NCBI GenBank assembly: GCA_005239475.1
Contig: SPAX01000022.1
Location: 1-53,214 of the forward strand
Length of the DNA stretch: 53,214 nt
Source: Nitrospira sp.
GTDB taxonomy: Bacteria; Nitrospirota; Nitrospiria; Nitrospirales; Nitrospiraceae
Direction of reading: 5' to 3'
The notes below the pieces were generated by a model. The model was not told the DNA's origin and made no database searches. It was given only the letters and a program-made list of their open reading frames with translations. Both the position numbers and the translations under genes were made by a program. Below, one piece after another: positions 47,038 through 53,214 of this stretch; position 1 is the first letter of the stretch; each line of letters starts with the position of its first letter.

Positions 47038-47394
47038 TCAGGACTGTGCCCCTTGCCACGCGCTGGATCGATGTGGCAGCGCGAGAGGGACCTGTTTCCT
47101 GACGAGCCGACCTAAGCGGACTTGGTCTTCCCCAGGCATTTGGATAAATTCGACACCGAACCGTCGTCCCTCGCACCAGCGTACTTTGGCTAATCCGACT
47201 CGGAGCGGAGACGTAGTATCAGGAACGAGCATTCTCATCTCAAGATAGGAGCCGGGCTGTACTCGTTTTCGGCTGTGGACGGCACAGCCAGGGACAGACA
47301 CGTTGAGCACGGTTCCCTCTCCCACATAGGCCTCACCAGCAAACACAACGGGAAAGTGTGTGTGGACTCGTTCACAGTACCGGAGTTTCGCCAT
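47038..47394 (-). CDS. Stand-alone PilZ-domain protein.
   Basis: Internal ATG after AAGGAG gives MAKLRYCERVHTHFPVVF...GTVLNVSVPGCAV.. (RxxxR-like and D/NxSxxG PilZ motifs). Confidence 0.7.
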   Translation of the reverse strand: MAKLRYCERVHTHFPVVFAGEAYVGEGTVLNVSVPGCAVHSRKRVQPGSYLEMRMLVPDTTSPLRVGLAKVRWCEGRRFGVEFIQMPGEDQVRLGRLVRKQVPLALPHRSSAWQGAQS

Positions 47395-47770
47395 GGTGCC
47401 GACTCCTTCTCGGTCAAGTCGATGAGGAGAGCAGAGAGTACCATGTCTTCTTTCAGCACGCGAGAGGCCCCCTCGTTCGTGGGATCTGGCACAAGAGAGT
47501 TGGGGCGTGCCCGCAGCACCCCCCAACGAACCGCAAAGCGCGGCAAGGAGAGCCAAGAAAAGGAAAGCCTCCATCCGCATATCCCTACGAAAGTTGGGAG
47601 TCTTAAGTAGCCACAAGTCATTGGAATCATAAGATAATCAAGTATTTTATCCTCCCTGCCAGACGGCATAGAACCTGCGCTTACAGCGTCTCGTGACAGG
47701 GTCAATTCCCGAGCAACAGGAAAAACGCGCCGCAGGATTACACAGGATTCGGCATGGGGAGGAAACAAAG

Positions 47771-48475
47771 ATGAACAGGGTCGAGCTTCACAATGGACCA
47801 TATAATAGTGATGACTTAGGACGCCGGGCACTCAGACCTATGGGCTCCGCCAGATTTCTTGCCTGTGCAGTCGTGCTACTGATGGCGACTTCGGCGCCCT
47901 CTGTTCTCGCCGATGCGCTGGTCTATGGATACGTCGGTCCCACGGGTCTGGTGAACCTTACGAATGTACCGACAGATGAGCCTGTCACAACAGTTCGCCG
48001 CAAGGCCCGATATCACATTGGTGTGGCGGATCTAGAACTTGAGCAAGCGGTCAGCCGTGCGGCTCAGCAACACCACGTTCAACCGGCCTTGCTCCTTGCG
48101 GTGATGAAGGCCGAGTCTTCCTTTAATCCAACCGCAGTCTCCAAGGCGGGAGCGGTAGGACTCATGCAGCTGATTCCGGAAACCGCCATCCGGCATGGCG
48201 TGCGTAACCTCTACGATGCGAACGACAACATCTCCGGTGGGGCCAAGCACCTGCGTTACCTCCTGGACCGGTTCCACGGAAATATCCGGTTAGCCTTGGC
48301 TGCCTATAACGCGGGGGAACGCAAGGTGGAGCGATATGGACAGATCCCACCCTATAAGGAAACACAGGATTATGTAAAAAAAGTGCTCGTATACTATCGC
48401 AGCTACAAGAAGGAGGGTTGGATCATGCCGGTTGTGATTGCCGCTCCGTCTAGGCACACAGGCCGACCGTACTAA
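47771..48475 (+). CDS. Lytic transglycosylase (SLT domain).
   Basis: GGAGG SD. Signal-like segment. Catalytic block AVMKAESSFNPTAVSKAGAVGLMQLIPETA and AYNAGE. Confidence 0.85.
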   Translation: MNRVELHNGPYNSDDLGRRALRPMGSARFLACAVVLLMATSAPSVLADALVYGYVGPTGLVNLTNVPTDEPVTTVRRKARYHIGVADLELEQAVSRAAQQHHVQPALLLAVMKAESSFNPTAVSKAGAVGLMQLIPETAIRHGVRNLYDANDNISGGAKHLRYLLDRFHGNIRLALAAYNAGERKVERYGQIPPYKETQDYVKKVLVYYRSYKKEGWIMPVVIAAPSRHTGRPY

Positions 48476-48618
48476 TCGATCGCTTGCGATCTCGTGTGGT
48501 CCATTGGGAAGCATTGTTCAGATTAGAGATCCATCCGAAGAACCTGGGATCTCCAGCATCTGTAAGGATCAACAAGCGAGGCGAAACGTACAATCAGAGA
48601 GTTGAGGAGGAGGAGGCG

Positions 48619-48816
48619 TTATACGGGTTTTTCAGCGACGTATTCCAAGTACTTCCACAGTTCCTTGGCATCCTCTTCGGCAAGTACCAGCGGGGTATTG
48701 TTAGCGGATCCGACGAGATGAACCTTTAGTGACATCTCATCTTGCCAAATCTGTGCTTCGCAGTAGCTCACATTATCAAGGTTTAAGGCTTTCTTGCCAA
48801 TACGCACAAAGTGCAT
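48619..48816 (-). CDS. Small hypothetical protein (65 aa).
   Basis: AAGGAG SD 7 nt upstream of the ATG. No motif recognised. Confidence 0.5.
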   Translation of the reverse strand: MHFVRIGKKALNLDNVSYCEAQIWQDEMSLKVHLVGSANNTPLVLAEEDAKELWKYLEYVAEKPV

Positions 48817-49467
48817 AGCGTCTCCTTGCCCTGTGCCAACTTCTTGCCGACTATATCACCACAGGGTCTTTCGTCAAATGCTTACCGTACTTTCTGACAA
48901 GGTCTCGCAGGCACGAAACGAGCGAGGACTTGAAGAAGCCTGAGACTCCTGGGGATGGATCAGTTAGAAGGAAACGGTTGGTTGCGGAAGCCTGACAGTC
49001 TCTTGAGACGGCGATGCAACAGAAGTTGTCCGCGTCGTACGAGCAGTTTCAGCGTCAGTGGGCACAAAGCTACAGTCTGCAGCAATAATTTCAGTCTAGA
49101 CCTTTCCAACGTCTTCAACGAGGCGCCAAAGGAATCAACCAGCGACCATTCAAAAGTGGCAGCCAGATTTAAATCATCACGTGCCACGATGCCCCCACTC
49201 CCACGGCGGCAAGAGACCGCTGGACCGGAAGGAACCTCGTGTTAAGATGGCAAAAAAGATGTATGAGGATATGTAGGGGATGACCTCAGTGGGTGAGCGC
49301 GTGCTGCACAGACAAGAGGTGCCTGGCTCAACCGCCGGCTCGACCCGCATGTCCCCTTTTCGTTCTCCACTTGGCATTCGAAAAATTGGGCACCGGATTG
49401 AAATTCACGACGCGCAGAGCTTGGTGAGCCACGTGAAGGGCTTCTCCGGCCTGGCCCCTATAACCCG

Positions 49468-50493
49468 ATGAGCACGATGCACCGCGTCACCTTTCAGCAG
49501 GACGGGATAACCTACGATGCGGAAGAGGGACAATGGCTGTATGACGTGTGCGAGGCCGCTGGAGCCTCTGTCCCGTTCGCGTGTAAAGCCGGCGCGTGTG
49601 GGACCTGTGCGACTCAGGTGGTACAAGGCGAAGAGAGCTTAGGGCCCCAGAGAGCCAGAGAGATTCGTACACTCGAAAGCAATGGTCTGGACCCTACGCA
49701 GTATCGACTCTTGTGCCTGGCGGACGTTCACGGCACGCTCACCCTGGGGGCCAGCGCCAAAACGCCACAGGCGACCGCCGCACTTGGTTTGTACAAGGTA
49801 CGAGTCGAAGCGTATCGCCCGCATACCTTGACTGTCTGTGAACAGAGATTCGCGGTTGAGTCGGGGGAAATCACATTTTCTCCGGGCCAATATATGATCT
49901 TTCATGTCCCGGGAATCGACCAAGTCATTCGGCGGTCCTACTCGATTTCGTCGCCTCCGTCCGACAAGACACATTTCGAGATTTGTGTCCGTGCGGTGTC
50001 CGGTGGCTTCTGCTCGAATTTCATTCATCGGCTCCGCCCCGGGGACTGTATGCAGGTTGAAGGTCCGTACGGTGACTTTCGATTGCACGACGGATCACAG
50101 CGAGACCTGTTGATGATCGCGACGGGAACCGGTATCGCGCCCATCAAGTCGATGCTGTTGTCCCTTCTTGGGCAAGCTGGCAGGCGCCGTATCCGATTGT
50201 TCTTCGGATTGCGTAATGTCTCCGACCTCTTTTATACAAAAATGCTGAGTGATATGAGAGAGAGACACCCCTGGTTCGAACCGACCATCATCCTCTCACA
50301 ACCTGACCCGGCCAGGTGGCTCGGATTGCGAGGTCGCGTTACAGACTTGATTCGTGAACAGGTGTCTCTCGACGAGGCGTCACACACCGACGCCTATCTG
50401 TGTGGAGGACGTCCCATGATTGAGGACGCTAAGAGGTTGTTAATCCAGAAAGGCATGAGTGTTGAACAGATCCGCCACGAAAACTTCTTTTAG
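49468..50493 (+). CDS. 2Fe-2S ferredoxin domain fused to an FNR-like FAD/NAD(P)H oxidoreductase.
   Basis: Plant-type cluster motif CKAGACGTC...C. FAD motif RRSYSISS. NAD(P)H motif MIATGTGIAP. C-terminal CGGRPM. Confidence 0.85.
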   Translation: MSTMHRVTFQQDGITYDAEEGQWLYDVCEAAGASVPFACKAGACGTCATQVVQGEESLGPQRAREIRTLESNGLDPTQYRLLCLADVHGTLTLGASAKTPQATAALGLYKVRVEAYRPHTLTVCEQRFAVESGEITFSPGQYMIFHVPGIDQVIRRSYSISSPPSDKTHFEICVRAVSGGFCSNFIHRLRPGDCMQVEGPYGDFRLHDGSQRDLLMIATGTGIAPIKSMLLSLLGQAGRRRIRLFFGLRNVSDLFYTKMLSDMRERHPWFEPTIILSQPDPARWLGLRGRVTDLIREQVSLDEASHTDAYLCGGRPMIEDAKRLLIQKGMSVEQIRHENFF

Positions 50494-50598
50494 GGGATCG
50501 ATTTGGAGGGCGACCAACGTTCCCTCGCTGATCCATGACCCGCGTTCCGGTTGAATAGAAGGAAGAAAATCGGAGTCAGGCATGCGCATTGACATCTT

Positions 50599-50751
50599 TC
50601 AGCATGCAGAGAGGCCTGAACCATTGTGCGGTGCGTGGTAGGCCTGTTCTGTCGAGGAGCGAAGATAATCAATATGGACATGGGCGCAATGATCATGCGC
50701 ATGCGCCGCCAGAGCCACAGCCAGAATCCCACTCCCAACGCGCAATACCAA
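50599..50751 (-). CDS. Candidate tiny His-rich membrane protein (TTG start, speculative).
   Basis: AGGAGAAGGGG precedes TTG. The product is (M)VLRVGSGILAVALAAHAHDHCAHVHIDYLRSSTEQAYHAPHNGSGLSAC. It lies directly after an intrinsic terminator on the same strand. Confidence 0.25.
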   Translation of the reverse strand: MVLRVGSGILAVALAAHAHDHCAHVHIDYLRSSTEQAYHAPHNGSGLSAC

Positions 50752-50772
50752 GCAGTCCCCTTCTCCTGACGG

Positions 50773-50808
50773 AAAAAGAAAAAAGAGGCCTGAGCCGGCT
50801 GAGCCTCT
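50773..50808 (-). terminator. Rho-independent terminator (minus strand).
   Basis: The minus strand reads AGAGGCUCAGCCGGCUCAGGCCUCU followed by UUUUUUCUUUUU. Confidence 0.6.
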
Positions 50809-51137
50809 CAAGGCGAGGGAGAAGCCTTGTCTACAAACCCTGTAGAATTGTGGGGCGCTCAGTCAGCGTCAATTTAGCAGGTCAGAGGAGGCGCAGAGAT
50901 AATCTAACCCAAAGGGTTTGGGCCGCAGCCTGCTAGTGCGAGGGACCCGGCGAGCGGTTCAACTGCTGGACGGGTGTGGTGGGATGATATTCGTTGAGGG
51001 GGTTCAGCTGATTGTCGGAACGGGAGTGGGTGATCAGATTCAAGATAGTGGAGTCGCGCTCGTATTGCTCGTCGAAGCCGAATTCGGCTGAGGCGGACCA
51101 TCGGCGCTGTGGGTCGAGGAGAGATCATCCGTGGCAA

Positions 51138-51500
51138 CTAATGCGCCAAATCGTCTCGCACGGCATCGAGCAATTCTCCTATATCTAAGGGCTTTTGAAA
51201 TGTCTGACGAGCACCCAGCAGCTTGGCCGCGTTGAGCCCGCCCTCCCTCTCTAGGCCGCCGGACATGGCGATGACTTTGACGTTGGGAAAGCTCCTGGTC
51301 AGCTCCAACATCATTTCAAGGCCGCTCATCTCAGGCATGACGATATCGGTGATGAGTAAGTCCGCTGATTGCTCGCGATACAGCTCAAGACCAAGACGGC
51401 CATTCGACGCTTCAAGGACTTCGTGGCCGTCCCCTTCCAGAGCGTCACGGAGTAGAGAGCGTATTGGTTCCTGATCATCAATGACGAGTATGGTTGCCAT
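51138..51500 (-). CDS. Single-domain CheY-like response regulator.
   Basis: Internal ATG after AAGGAG gives MATILVIDDQEPIR.. DLLITDIVMPEMSG.. KVIAMSGG. Confidence 0.85.
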   Translation of the reverse strand: MATILVIDDQEPIRSLLRDALEGDGHEVLEASNGRLGLELYREQSADLLITDIVMPEMSGLEMMLELTRSFPNVKVIAMSGGLEREGGLNAAKLLGARQTFQKPLDIGELLDAVRDDLAH

Positions 51501-51926
51501 GGGCGTATCTCCTTGACTGCCTCTGCGTGGCTTCCTGGTTCGGTGAACGGTTTCTCTAGAGAGAAGCATAGAAGAGGCCTTGGAAAATGTGCAGACCACA
51601 AGGAAGTACCTCCGAAGGGGGGAAGATACCCTCACGCTTGTGATAGACCCGCTTTGTTTCTGGTCTTTGTGGCTTGCGGCAAAGACGGGTGGAGGGGGGC
51701 GTTGTCCGGCAGACGGGGGCCTAGAAAGGGAACCAGCCGCCTAGCCTCGCATGCACCGTTGAGATTTCAACGGCCGACGTTCCTGAACCGGAATCGGTGA
51801 GAAATCACTGGCCAATACTCATCCCGACCCTAAGTTCTCTCTTTTTCACAGCTGCGCGCAAGCGTCATCCGCTGCGACCACGTGTGAGGCCCGCAGATCC
51901 GACGCAATCTGGATTGGCGCACCGAA

Positions 51927-52406
51927 CTACTTCTGCGTGCGGAGTCCCTGCACCACTTTCCTCTCGAGGTCGGCTCGGTGAGCGAAGGTCTCGAGCGGCG
52001 TTACCTTCCACTGCATGATGCCCCAGGCGGGAAGCGCACGAACGAGTTCAGTCACCTCATCTTTCGACTTGGCTCCAACCACGAAGGCCCCGCCGAGAGT
52101 CCCGGCGACGATGCCTCCCGCACGGACATTGCCATCCTTCCCCAGACTCTCGAGGGTTGGGATGACGAGTGTGTTGAGCAGCTCGATCGTCTGCTCGCGG
52201 CTCGTCGGAGCTCCGGCTTGAGTTGCCTCGAACTCGACCAGATAGAGCATATCCCTGCTCGTGGCGTTGCGCTCAAGTTCATGAAGCACAACGTCCCGCC
52301 GCGCACCACCTTCGCCAAATACTGGTTGAAGAGGCAGTGCGACGGCTACTGCTATAACCAGAACTCCTGTCAGCACCATGGCTTTTGATTTCCTGAATAG
52401 TGTCAT
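51927..52406 (-). CDS. Exported or membrane-anchored protein with a muconolactone-isomerase-like (ferredoxin-fold) domain (tentative).
   Basis: Internal ATG after AAGGAG. TM/signal segment MVLTGVLVIAVAVALPL. ..MLYLVEFEA.. ..EVTELVRALPAWGIMQWKVTPLETF resembles the MIase family C-terminal signature. Confidence 0.5.
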   Translation of the reverse strand: MTLFRKSKAMVLTGVLVIAVAVALPLQPVFGEGGARRDVVLHELERNATSRDMLYLVEFEATQAGAPTSREQTIELLNTLVIPTLESLGKDGNVRAGGIVAGTLGGAFVVGAKSKDEVTELVRALPAWGIMQWKVTPLETFAHRADLERKVVQGLRTQK

Positions 52407-52557
52407 AGGCTTCACTCCTTTCCTAAAGTGACAGCACAACCCAATCTTTTTTACTTTAGGTACCACGGCATATGGAAGTCCAATTGAAAATGCAGGAATC
52501 GACGCGCGATCATTCTGATGGATAAGAATCCCGCTATCGTTTCATGGTTAGTTTTGC

Positions 52558-52710
52558 CTAAAGCTGCTGCATGCCCGTCACAAAGCCCTTTCGCTCCTCG
52601 ATGGGCACCTTCATCTCGATGAAGATATAGCGCAATACTTTGTTGATCCCATCCGCGATTTCGACACAATGCACAGGCAAGCGACGGCAGGGGCAAACCA
52701 AGAAGAGCAT
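52558..52710 (-). CDS. Candidate small protein (50 aa), not in the ORF track.
   Basis: MLFLVCPCRRLPVHCVEIADGINKVLRYIFIEMKVPIEERKGFVTGMQQL. Third codon positions are mostly G/C, as in neighbouring genes. The SD is weak. Confidence 0.3.
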   Translation of the reverse strand: MLFLVCPCRRLPVHCVEIADGINKVLRYIFIEMKVPIEERKGFVTGMQQL

Positions 52711-52930
52711 GAGAGCCTCGCAGGAAGGTAATTCTAGGAGGGTTTCAGCCTAGGCGCAAGGGCTGAGAAGGGGGAATGGGTGTATTGATAGGCGGGCGCG
52801 ATGAGGGAGCTAGATCGTCCGTGGAACAGTGTCACGCGTGGCGAGGCAATTACCTGTCCAAACTTTCAGTGGGGGAGTACAATTGCGGCAGTCAATACGC
52901 ACGCGTGCTCGATAGAGACAGGGAGACAGT

Positions 52931-53214
52931 ATGGCTGAGTTTGTTTTGCGGGATGGTCAACGTCTCAAGACCTTCGCGCCGGTGCGGTATCGTGGGGACG
53001 GGATTGCCGGTGAAGGAATCATCAAAGATCTTTCGCTGAGCGGGAGCTACATTATCGGGAATAAACCGGTCTCCATTGGGATGGTGCTCGCCCTGGAAAT
53101 TTTTGTGCCGGGAGCCCCGGCGGCGCTCTTGCTGATCGATCGTGCCACCGTGAAATGGGTCAAGCGGACTAAGTTCGGGGTGACTTTTGACACGTTCCAG
53201 CCGAAGGTGGCCGA
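52931..53214 (+). CDS. PilZ-domain protein, 3'-truncated by the window edge.
   Basis: ATG after GGGAGA. MAEFVLRDGQRLKTFAPVRYRGDG..GIIKDLSLSGSYI..ATVKWVKRTKFGVTF. The frame is open to the end of the window, which is why it is absent from the track. Confidence 0.7.
   Translation, partial: MAEFVLRDGQRLKTFAPVRYRGDGIAGEGIIKDLSLSGSYIIGNKPVSIGMVLALEIFVPGAPAALLLIDRATVKWVKRTKFGVTFDTFQPKVA

Noticed and set aside
47395-47616. Longer form of the PilZ ORF (192 aa) with a signal-peptide-like N-terminus (MEAFLFLALLAALCGS..).
   Set aside because: A strong AAGGAG SD precedes the internal ATG at 47394, which yields a normal-size PilZ. An exported c-di-GMP receptor makes little biological sense. The upstream part is Arg/Gly-rich and unconvincing.
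50812-51137. Known structured RNAs (tmRNA, SRP RNA, RNase P RNA, 6S RNA, c-di-GMP riboswitch) in the regulator-downstream region.
   Set aside because: I could not find their hallmark sequences: the tRNA-like GGTTCGA..CCA end, the GGAA/AGCA SRP loops, or the GAGGAAAGTCC P4 motif. This needs a covariance-model scan rather than inspection by eye.

Overview
This is a chromosomal, mostly housekeeping segment of a high-GC Gram-negative genome. Gene content and style resemble Nitrospirota, but I cannot verify that here. No rRNA, tRNA, CRISPR array, transposase or prophage gene was recognised.

Layout, left to right:
- 1-5.1 kb: an envelope gene cluster with two paralogous outer-membrane channels, a TlpA-like thioredoxin, two paralogous small His/Cys membrane proteins and a beta-propeller lipoprotein.
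- 5.2-9.3 kb: tesA divergent from a ybbA/ybbP-type ABC exporter.
- 9.6-17.6 kb, minus strand: a Zn-ribbon PilZ protein, a decayed VOC/glyoxalase pseudogene, pepN, then rpiA-glk-pgl-pgi.
- 18.0-34.1 kb, plus strand: the classic origin-proximal block rpmH-rnpA-yidD-yidC-mnmE-mnmG-rsmG-parA-parB with two parS sites, then two bactofilins, mnmA and an F1-only ATP synthase operon atpHAGDC.
- 34-43 kb: a heme-binding DUF3365-like protein, rluD, a GNAT, a beta-barrel OMP, znuACB and anmK.
- 42-53 kb: a looser region of signalling and small hypothetical genes. It holds an RR-GGDEF, two more PilZ proteins, a CheY-like regulator, an SLT transglycosylase and a ferredoxin-reductase fusion.

Most interesting observations:
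- The duplicated OMP plus small His/Cys protein modules at the left edge.
- A set of intergenic short-period repeat arrays (7 or 9 nt units) arranged as inverted blocks. One is transcribed from a near-consensus promoter as the leader of a beta-helix protein gene.
- A roughly 330-nt leader-like region ending in a canonical intrinsic terminator immediately before a Shine-Dalgarno sequence and a tiny His-rich membrane ORF.
- A freshly inactivated VOC gene.

I did not find a clear-cut novel multi-gene defence or mobile system. All functional calls are by eye from motifs and need HMM or BLAST confirmation.
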